Of a DNA stretch of 43,026 bases, positions 36,364-43,026 are shown piece after piece. Position 1 is the stretch's first letter; every line of letters begins with the position of its first letter. Origin of the DNA: Acidobacteriota bacterium. GTDB lineage: Bacteria > Acidobacteriota > Terriglobia > Terriglobales > Acidobacteriaceae. Location of the stretch: the NCBI GenBank assembly GCA_040388825.1, contig JAZKBC010000096.1, positions 44,186-87,211 of the forward strand. The letters are read 5' to 3'. The notes under the pieces were generated by a model that saw only the letters and a program-made list of their open reading frames with translations, did not search any database and had not been told where the DNA came from. The translations under genes were made by a program, and so were the position numbers.

Positions 36364-37478
36364 GCGGAGAGGTACTTGCGTGGTGAGCGGTCGGCTTCAA
36401 CAGCTTTGACCAGGCTTTGCTTGCGACGGCCACGGCGAAGAAAGTGGCGCTCGACGGCGTACCAACTCAGGACGGCAGCGAGCAGCGTTAGCGGGGTCGC
36501 GTAGACGAAGAGTTGGGTTGGCGTAAGCGAGCCGCCGAATGATTGCACCAGAAGCTGCTCGATGGGGAAAGCGTAGAGATAGGTGCCGTAGGAGAAGTCT
36601 CCGAAACGGCCAACGTTATTGAGCGGAAGCCACTTCGCGAAGGCGATGTAGAAGACCAAGTAGGTTCCGGCGAAGGGGAACAGTGCTGTCCAGCCGATAC
36701 TGAAGAAGCTCGCGGCGATAAGCGTCGCGAGCGCGATTGCGGCTCCGAAGGCGTTGAGGCGAATGCGTTCGCGGTAGAGGTAGAAGACTATGCCGGCGAG
36801 ATAGAGCGGCAGCAGGCGTGCCCAGAGCTGCGGTGAGCCGAGGAGGACGCCGAGGAATTTGCCGCCAAAGATCCAGCCCTTGAACTGGAACGCTATGCTG
36901 ATGCCAACCGATGCGAGGAAAAGCGCGAGGATCGCCGCACGCTTGCGGAGCAGACCGACCGTGAGGAGCAGCGCTACTCCGATATAGCACCAGAACTCGT
37001 ACTGGATGGACCAGACGCTGCCATTGATCGCGTTGGGGTATGGATTTTGTGCGAAAGCGGAAACGTAATTGAACTCTCGCAGACGAAGGGTCTGGAGGCA
37101 GAAGTCACCGATGCGGCCGGCGAACGAGCCTTCGAAGGTGGCGTTCGCAAGCGGCGCAACGATCAGCAGCATCAGGATCGCGCTGACCACGAAGGCTGGA
37201 TAGATTCGTTGAACGCGCTTGGCGAGGAAGGAACGGAGACTGCTGGAGCGTTCGGCGCTGGCGGCGATGAGGAAGCCGCTCATGACGAAGAAGAGATCGA
37301 CCGCGAGCGCGCCGCAGGTCATCTGTCCGCGGGTGAGGATGCGGAGGGGTTCGTGGAGCTCGGAGCCGGCGGCGAGGGGGAAGCTGTGCGAGTAGATGAC
37401 CAGGACGGCGAGGGCGAGGCGCAGGAAGTCGAAGTTGTTGCTGTGCAGCGCCTTATCGCGAGTGGTTTCGGTGGTCAT
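36324..37478 (-). CDS. Acyltransferase-3 (OafA/YrhL-like) membrane O-acyltransferase
   Basis: 'FDFLRLALAVLVIYSH', 'VDLFFVMSGFLI', 'KRVQRIYP', 'NGSVWSIQYEFWCY', 'GDFSYGTYLYAFP', 'SWYAVER'. Confidence 0.92.
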   Translation of the reverse strand: MTTETTRDKALHSNNFDFLRLALAVLVIYSHSFPLAAGSELHEPLRILTRGQMTCGALAVDLFFVMSGFLIAASAERSSSLRSFLAKRVQRIYPAFVVSAILMLLIVAPLANATFEGSFAGRIGDFCLQTLRLREFNYVSAFAQNPYPNAINGSVWSIQYEFWCYIGVALLLTVGLLRKRAAILALFLASVGISIAFQFKGWIFGGKFLGVLLGSPQLWARLLPLYLAGIVFYLYRERIRLNAFGAAIALATLIAASFFSIGWTALFPFAGTYLVFYIAFAKWLPLNNVGRFGDFSYGTYLYAFPIEQLLVQSFGGSLTPTQLFVYATPLTLLAAVLSWYAVERHFLRRGRRKQSLVKAVEADRSPRKYLSAQITSMSTGRTDS

Positions 37479-37569
37479 GTTGAGCGGAGCTTCGCCTGGT
37501 TTGAGGCTATAAGGTTTGGCGGCCGAAAGGAGTAGTCCCTTTGGGTCAATCGCTTCGCGCAGAAGTTGA

Positions 37570-38931
37570 ATGGGCGCGGGCGAAGTGACTGAAGATACTG
37601 GATCTATTGTGCCGACACTGGAACAAGACCCATTGCGGCTCGACGCCCTGGAGACCGCCGAAGCTTCGGAAGCACTTCCGAAAACGCTTCGCGTTGCGTT
37701 CCTGCTCAGCCGCTATCCAGCGGTTTCGCATACGTTTCTGTTGAACGAGGTGTTGGGCCTGCGAGCACGTGGGGTCGACGTGGAGACTGCGTCGATCAAC
37801 CGGCCGGATCGCGCTCCAAAGCAGCTTTCGGAGGCGGAAGCGGCTGAAGCGCACAAGACGCATTACATCAAGGATGGCAACACGCTGCTCGCGCTGATGA
37901 CGGCGCTGGGGACTGCTTGTGCGCGTCCGGATGTTCTGATGCGCGGACTGACTGCGGTTGTGAAGCTGCGGAACCTGAGCCTGCGGCAGCGTGGCTATTG
38001 GCTGTTCTACCTGGCCGAGGCCTTGCTGGTGGGTCGATGGATGCAGCAGCGGAAGCTCAGGCATTTGCATGTGCACTTCGGCGGCGCCGTGGCTTCGGTT
38101 GGGATGCTGACGTCGATCGCCTGGAAGATTCCTTACTCGCTGACGATCCATGGGCCGGAAGAGCTGCTGGATGTGAGCGGCTATCGTTTGAAAGAGAAAG
38201 TCGAGCAGGCTTCGTTTGTGTTCTGCATCAGCGACTTTTGCCGCAGCCAGCTTTGCCAGTTGACCGAGCCGCGGACGTGGGGCAAGTTTGCCGTGGTGCG
38301 GCTGGGTGTGGACCCGGCGGCGTTGCTGCCTTCGCTGGCGCATGCAGCTTCGGAGCATTCGACCCTGCGGCTGGTTTGCACGGGACGGCTAGTGGCGGCG
38401 AAGGGACATCGGATTCTACTGCAGGCGCTGGTGAAGCTGGCCCGCCGCGGCGTGCAGGTTAAGACGACGCTGATCGGCGATGGACCCGAGCGTGAGAGCC
38501 TGCGGCAATTCGTGGAACGGGAAGGCCTCGAAGATTCGGTGGTGTTTACGTCGGCGCTGTCGCATGCGGAGACGCTGCAACATGTTCGCTCGGCGGATAT
38601 TTTCGTGCTCGCGAGCTTTGCTGAAGGCATTCCGGTTGCGCTGATGGAAGCGATGGCGCTGGGTCTGCCTTGCGTGAGCACGACGGTTGCCGGGATTCCG
38701 GAGCTTATTCAGACCGGGCGGGACGGGTTGCTGGTTGCTCCTTCGAATGTGGAGGAGCTGGCGGAGGCAATCGAGTCGCTCGCCAATGATCCGGCGTTGC
38801 GGAACTTCCTCGGACGTTCAGCGCGGCGAAGGATAATCCGCGACTACAACCTTCCGCTGAACCAGGAGCGGTTGGCACAGTGCTTCGCGAACCGGTTAAC
38901 TCCAGGCGCCGCTGCGAGAGAGTTGCCGTGA
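37570..38931 (+). CDS. GT4-family glycosyltransferase (WcaL-like)
   Basis: 'YPAVSHTFLLNEV', 'HLHVHFG', 'TIHGPEE', 'GRLVAAKGH', 'EGIPVALMEAMA'. Start codon uncertain (37570, 37585 or 37609). Confidence 0.92.
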   Translation: MGAGEVTEDTGSIVPTLEQDPLRLDALETAEASEALPKTLRVAFLLSRYPAVSHTFLLNEVLGLRARGVDVETASINRPDRAPKQLSEAEAAEAHKTHYIKDGNTLLALMTALGTACARPDVLMRGLTAVVKLRNLSLRQRGYWLFYLAEALLVGRWMQQRKLRHLHVHFGGAVASVGMLTSIAWKIPYSLTIHGPEELLDVSGYRLKEKVEQASFVFCISDFCRSQLCQLTEPRTWGKFAVVRLGVDPAALLPSLAHAASEHSTLRLVCTGRLVAAKGHRILLQALVKLARRGVQVKTTLIGDGPERESLRQFVEREGLEDSVVFTSALSHAETLQHVRSADIFVLASFAEGIPVALMEAMALGLPCVSTTVAGIPELIQTGRDGLLVAPSNVEELAEAIESLANDPALRNFLGRSARRRIIRDYNLPLNQERLAQCFANRLTPGAAARELP

Positions 38932-39980
38932 GTGCAGCGATGGTGGAAGCCGCGACAGCGGGCTCGCTCGAGGGCTCGCAGAGAGAGTTCGTGTCGAGAG
39001 AGCTGATCGACGCTTCAATCGCGATCATTTCGTTCAACACGCGCGAGATGCTGCGTGAGTGTTTGCAGTCGACACTGGACGTGACATCGAAGCTGCGTTG
39101 CGAGATCGTGGTGCTGGACAATGCTTCGCGCGATGGATCGGCGGAGATGGTCGAGCAGGAGTTTCCGCAGGTAAAGCTGCTGCGCAGCGATGTGAACCTG
39201 GGTTTCGGGCGCGCGAACAATGTGGCGCTGGAGCAGGCTCGGGGACGATATTTTGTGCTGCTGAACTCCGATGCGTTCCTTTCCGACGGTGCGCTGGAGC
39301 GGGCGATTGCGCACATGGAAGCTCGGCCGCAGTGTGCGATGGGTGGAGCGCTGCTGGTGGGCCGCGATGGTGAAGTGCAGCCTTCGGCGCGGATGTTTCA
39401 CTCGGTTTGGCGTGATGCTGTGGTCCTCTCTGGTTTAGCGGCGAAGTTTCCGCGGTCTAAGGTTTTTGGTGGATTCGATCGCACGTGGGCCGATGTTCGC
39501 GAGGCGGCTTCTGTGGATTGGGTTCCGGGAGCGTTTGCGATTCTGCGGCCTGAGGCGCTGAAGAAGGTTGGGATCTTCGATCCTGCTTTCTTTCTGTATT
39601 ACGAAGAAGTTGATCTTTGCATGCGGCTGAAGAACGCCGGTTATGAGGTCTGGTACTGGCCGGATGTGGTGGTTACACATATCGGCGGCGAGTCGTCGCG
39701 GCAGTTGAAGTCGCTGGAGTTCTCCGGGCCGGCAGCGCAGGTGGTGCTTTGGCGCATGCGGAGCTCGATGCTGTACTACCGTAAGCACCAGGGATGGAAA
39801 GTGCGGCTGGCGGTTTGGATGGAGCGTTCGCTGTATGCTGCGGGCGTGCTGCGGAATCGGTGGAGCAAATCGGCGGAACGGCAGCAGAGGGCGAAGCATT
39901 TTCGTACGCTGCTGGGGTTGCTGACGCAGGCGTGGAAAGAGACCGAGGGTGGGCGTGTTTCGCCGCCTCGGCCGTGGTGA
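38928..39980 (+). CDS. GT2-family glycosyltransferase (rhamnosyltransferase-like)
   Basis: GTG 38928 overlaps the upstream stop (alternative ATG 38940). 'DNASRDGS', 'NLGFGRANN', 'LLNSD', 'FFLYYEEVDLC'. Confidence 0.92.
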   Translation: MSAAMVEAATAGSLEGSQREFVSRELIDASIAIISFNTREMLRECLQSTLDVTSKLRCEIVVLDNASRDGSAEMVEQEFPQVKLLRSDVNLGFGRANNVALEQARGRYFVLLNSDAFLSDGALERAIAHMEARPQCAMGGALLVGRDGEVQPSARMFHSVWRDAVVLSGLAAKFPRSKVFGGFDRTWADVREAASVDWVPGAFAILRPEALKKVGIFDPAFFLYYEEVDLCMRLKNAGYEVWYWPDVVVTHIGGESSRQLKSLEFSGPAAQVVLWRMRSSMLYYRKHQGWKVRLAVWMERSLYAAGVLRNRWSKSAERQQRAKHFRTLLGLLTQAWKETEGGRVSPPRPW

Positions 39981-39985
39981 GCGGC

Positions 39986-40606
39986 ATGAGTTCTTCGCTG
40001 AAGCCGTTGCTGGTGGCTCCTTTGCGGGTTGGGTTGAGGTTGACGGCTGGGGTTCGCGAGAGCCTGAGCCGGTTGTACTTTCATGCGCTGCTGGCGGCGC
40101 AGTTGAAGCGAGATTTGCCTGCGTCCGTGGTGGTGACGGGACGGGTTGAGGTGCATGGCACCGGGCATGTGAGCGTGGGTTGTGATTCCCTGCTCTATCC
40201 GGGCGTTTATCTGGAGACGCAGGGTTCGGCTGCGATCCGGTTCGGCGAGGGCGTGGTGCTGTCGCGCGGGGTGCACGTGGTGGCGATGGCTGGGGTGACG
40301 GTTGGCGAGGGCTCGATGGTGGGTGAGTACACGAGCATTCGGGATGCGAATCATGGCCGCGCTGAAGGCCTGACATTGCGTGATGCTGGACATACGGCCA
40401 AGCCGATTGCGATCGGCAGGCAGGTTTGGGTGGGGCGTGGGGTTACGATCCTGGGCGGTGTGACGGTCGGCGATGGGGCGACGATTGGAGCGAATGCCGT
40501 GGTGACTCGGGATGTGGCTGCTGGAGCGGTTGTGGGTGGGGTGCCGGCGGTGGAGCTGCGACGGGAGACACCCCCCCCCTCCCCCTCATCTGTTGCCCGG
40601 GGCTAA
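39986..40606 (+). CDS. Hexapeptide-repeat (LbH) sugar O-acetyltransferase
   Basis: Start ATG 39986 (or GTG 39977). 'DANHG', 'IAIGRQVWVGRGVTILGGVTVGDGATIGANAVVTRDV...GGVPA'. Confidence 0.9.
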   Translation: MSSSLKPLLVAPLRVGLRLTAGVRESLSRLYFHALLAAQLKRDLPASVVVTGRVEVHGTGHVSVGCDSLLYPGVYLETQGSAAIRFGEGVVLSRGVHVVAMAGVTVGEGSMVGEYTSIRDANHGRAEGLTLRDAGHTAKPIAIGRQVWVGRGVTILGGVTVGDGATIGANAVVTRDVAAGAVVGGVPAVELRRETPPPSPSSVARG

Positions 40607-40899
40607 GTGGTTTGGAATGTTTGGATTGCAGGCGGGGATCTGCCGTACGCCTTTCATTCTAAAGGGGTTACCTGTCAAGTATTTCATTCGATTAGGGTTA
40701 GGGACGTTCAGAGTCCGAGCGGAGAGCCTTGAACGCAGAGTACACAATGTTTGGAGCGCAGAGTTTTCAATCCCTGTACCTATTGTATGGAGTTGCGGGG
40801 GGCAAGTGGGCCAGGATTCTTGAAGAGAAATCGCTTGTGTTGACAGGGGTTTTGTTGATTTCTGCAGGTTTGGGGGGCTTGACAAGGTTTTCGGCGGAT
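40571..40899. repeat. Uncharacterised intergenic element starting with a poly-C tract and carrying 30-nt-period TTTCATTC-N5-GGGTTA motifs
   Basis: C9-T-C5 at 40571-40585; motif copies at 40652-40670 and 40682-40700; visibly lower GC than the flanking genes. Confidence 0.4.
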
Positions 40900-40962
40900 T
40901 GGAGTGACCCCCTAGAGTGAGACAAGTTCAAAGGTCCCCATTTTGCTTGAATGGAGGGTTTT

Positions 40963-41313
40963 ATGGGTCGAAGGCCGAAAGAGCGTGTTTACCGGAAGTG
41001 GAGTGTGGAGGAGAAGCGCTCGGCTGTGGCGCGGATGGATACGATCACCCATCATGTGCTGGCGGCGGAGCTGGGCATCGAGAAGCGCGTTCTGTACAAG
41101 TGGCGGGACGATCTTCGGCTAGCCGAGCAGAAGGTTCGTCGCGAGCAGAGCCGTGAGCGTGCGCTGGAGCAGGAGAACCGGAAGCTGAAGCAAGCTCTGG
41201 CGACGAAGGTTCTCGAAGCGGATTTCTTACAAGGTGTGTTGCGCAGAATCGAAGCTCGACGCCAGCCGGTCAGCGGCTCCGGCGCGACTGCATCTACGAG
41301 CAGGTCCAAGTGA
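40963..41313 (+). CDS. IS3-family transposase OrfA (HTH plus leucine-zipper-like helix)
   Basis: SD GGAGG before ATG 40963. 'RKWSVEEKRSAV', 'LAAELGIEKRVLYKWR', 'LEQENRKLKQ'. Confidence 0.88.
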   Translation: MGRRPKERVYRKWSVEEKRSAVARMDTITHHVLAAELGIEKRVLYKWRDDLRLAEQKVRREQSRERALEQENRKLKQALATKVLEADFLQGVLRRIEARRQPVSGSGATASTSRSK

Positions 41314-42239
41314 TGCGGCCGGCAGCGCACCTCAGTATCGAGTCGATGTGCCGTCTCGGGCAGGTCAGCCGGGCGGGGTTCTATCGTCACTGGCGACAGA
41401 AGGAGCCGCGTGTCGAGGAGACGGAGCTGCGCGGCCGGATCCAGGAGATCGTTCTGGCGCATCGTCGCAACTACGGCTACCGGCGTGTGACGCGGGAGTT
41501 GCGCCACCAGGGCTGGGCGGTCAACCACAAACGGGTGGCGCGGCTGATGGCCGAAGACAACCTGTTATGCCTGCGCCAGCGTTCGTGGATAGCGACCACC
41601 GACAGCCGCCACAGCCATCGCTTCTACCCGAACCTGGCCGGGCGGATGGAGTTGAGCGGCATCGATCAGCTGTGGGTGGCCGACATCACCTACATCCGTC
41701 TGGAGCAGCAGTTCCTGTTCCTGGCGGTGGTGCTGGACGCCTACTCGCGGCGCGTGATCGGCTGGTCGCTGGACGATCGGCTGGATGCGGGGTTGGCCAT
41801 CGCCGCTCTGCGCCAGGCGATCGAGCTGCGCCAACCGCCTCCGGGGCTGGTGCATCACTCCGACCGCGGCACCCAGTACGCTTCCGACGCCTACGTCGCT
41901 CTGCTCGAGGAGCATGGCATCGAGCCCAGCATGAGCCGTGCCGGCAACCCCTACGACAACGCCAAATGCGAGAGCTTCATGAAGACGCTCAAGCAGGAGG
42001 AGATCTACACCCGCCGCTACCGCGACCGCGCCGATCTGGAGGCCCACATCGGCGAGTTCCTGGAGCGGTACTACAATCGCAGACGGCTGCACTCGGCGCT
42101 CGGCTACCGTACGCCGGAGCAGTTCGAGAACAGCCTGCTGGAGCCACCGGCATCCGTGCCGGAGCTGGCAGTGAGTTTTATGAGGCATGAGGGAATCTAT
42201 CGTCCCGATCCCGACGGGCAAGCTGGAGAGAAGCCGTAA
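41310..42239 (+). CDS. IS3-family transposase OrfB (DDE integrase core)
   Basis: 'YGYRRV', 'NHKRVARLM', 'WVADITY', 'HHSDRGTQY', 'DNAKCESF', 'YYNRRRLHSALGY'. The start overlaps the orfA stop (GTGATG at 41310-41315). Confidence 0.95.
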   Translation: MMRPAAHLSIESMCRLGQVSRAGFYRHWRQKEPRVEETELRGRIQEIVLAHRRNYGYRRVTRELRHQGWAVNHKRVARLMAEDNLLCLRQRSWIATTDSRHSHRFYPNLAGRMELSGIDQLWVADITYIRLEQQFLFLAVVLDAYSRRVIGWSLDDRLDAGLAIAALRQAIELRQPPPGLVHHSDRGTQYASDAYVALLEEHGIEPSMSRAGNPYDNAKCESFMKTLKQEEIYTRRYRDRADLEAHIGEFLERYYNRRRLHSALGYRTPEQFENSLLEPPASVPELAVSFMRHEGIYRPDPDGQAGEKP

Positions 42240-42510
42240 TGACCGCTCTCCAGCCCATCGGTGCGATGAGTTCCAGCCGGGTAATCCTTGGCCAGTTGCT
42301 CTCCAGCAGAGCTGGCCTCCGCTTCCCCGGCCAGCACCAGCCTGCAACCACTACCCCCGTCCGCTCAAGAAAATATCAGCGAACGGCGCACAGGGACCTT
42401 TTGCACTGTCTCAACTCAGGGGGTCACCCCAGATGCGGGGATGGTGCCGGGTGGGTTGTGAAACAGATCCCGGATGCCGGTTTTCCGGATGCCAGTTCTT
42501 TTGAGCCTGC

Positions 42511-43026
42511 TCAGGTGCGTTTGTATTCGACGAGAGCTACGCGGCGGCCGTGGTGGCGGCTTTGGTAGAAGCTGGCCTGGCCGTAGGCGATGGGGATTTG
42601 CTGGAGGTGGGAGTGGGCAGCGTAGAGCAGGAGCGTGAGGGCGGTGGATGATTTCCAGCGGGCTTTCCAGGCGGTGCGGAGCGTGAGAGCAGCGAAGAGG
42701 GCCAGCGCGATGAGGGCGGGAAGGATGGAGTGTGCGCTGAGGCTGCCGAGGAATGTGACGAGGAAGAGCATCAGAAAAGTGAGTGCGCGAGAGCGGTTGC
42801 GACGGACTTCCGCGGTCCAGAAAGGGTTGGCTGTGTTGGCGAAGCGGGCCGAGACTTCGGCGTATGCGTGGCCAGCGCGGGTGGCTCGCTTCCAGTATTG
42901 AGAGAAGCGGGTGATGGCGAGGTCGTGCAGCGTCATGGGGAGGTCGACGTGGAGGATGCTCTGGCCGTCGGCGAGGATGCGGCGGCAGAGCTCGGGCTCT
43001 TCGCCGGCGATGAGGGTTTCGTCGAA
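42511..43026 (-). CDS. Partial (5'-truncated) GT2-family glycosyltransferase, C-terminal part
   Basis: Open frame from the window edge: FDETLIAGEEPELCRRILADGQSILHVDLPMTLHDLAITRFSQYWKRATRAGHAYAEV, followed by C-terminal TM helices. Confidence 0.85.
   Translation of the reverse strand, partial: FDETLIAGEEPELCRRILADGQSILHVDLPMTLHDLAITRFSQYWKRATRAGHAYAEVSARFANTANPFWTAEVRRNRSRALTFLMLFLVTFLGSLSAHSILPALIALALFAALTLRTAWKARWKSSTALTLLLYAAHSHLQQIPIAYGQASFYQSRHHGRRVALVEYKRT

Larger units (their letters stand above)
40900..42431 (+). mobile_element. IS3-family insertion sequence, apparently intact (1532 bp)
   Basis: TG...CA ends. Imperfect terminal IRs: left TGGAGTGACCCCCTAGAGTGAGACA, right (reverse complement) TGGGGTGACCCCCTGAGTTGAGACA. 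3-bp target duplication GAT at 40897-40899 and 42432-42434. Contains orfA and orfB. Confidence 0.95.

Noticed and set aside
40571-40585. Phase-variable poly-C tract switching the acetyltransferase
   Set aside because: It lies after the complete LbH domain, within about 12 codons of the stop, so slippage would only change the tail.
1-43026. tRNA, rRNA, prophage or anti-phage defence genes
   Set aside because: No recognisable signatures were seen in any intergenic region or ORF.

Overview
High-GC bacterial window; gene content, intergenic repeats and codon style suggest Acidobacteriaceae (inference). From left to right it holds three blocks. (1) Signalling and adhesion, 1-12.3 kb: the 3' end of an alpha/beta-hydrolase-like gene, a membrane PAS-PAS-GGDEF-EAL c-di-GMP enzyme, an isolated Flp pilin, an atypical LuxR/NarL regulator, and a minus-strand Tad/Flp pilus operon (flp, small ORF, cpaB, cpaC, cpaE, cpaF/tadA, tadB, tadC). 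No prepilin peptidase or pseudopilins are in the window, and the operon's 56-aa flp is missing from the ORF track. (2) Tailoring and membrane enzymes, 12.8-18.5 kb: two GT-C-like polytopic membrane proteins, a JmjC/cupin oxygenase and a PAF-acetylhydrolase-like esterase. (3) A surface-glycan locus, 18.7-43 kb: a Wzx-type flippase, then a complete small assembly line (A[Thr]-PCP; KS-AT[malonyl]-ACP-aminotransferase-C-A[Gly]-PCP; C-A[Gly]-PCP-TE) whose last gene overlaps a run of glycosyltransferases, followed by an acyltransferase-3, more GT4/GT2 genes, a hexapeptide acetyltransferase, an intact IS3-family element (40900-42431, GAT target duplication) and a truncated GT2. The most notable candidate system is the NRPS/PKS embedded in the flippase/glycosyltransferase operon. 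By colinearity it would make a Thr-derived 3,4-diamino-5-hydroxyhexanoyl-Gly-Gly unit, which may decorate a lipid-linked or surface glycan rather than act as a free antibiotic. This is a hypothesis. All calls are from motifs read by eye; no database searches were run.
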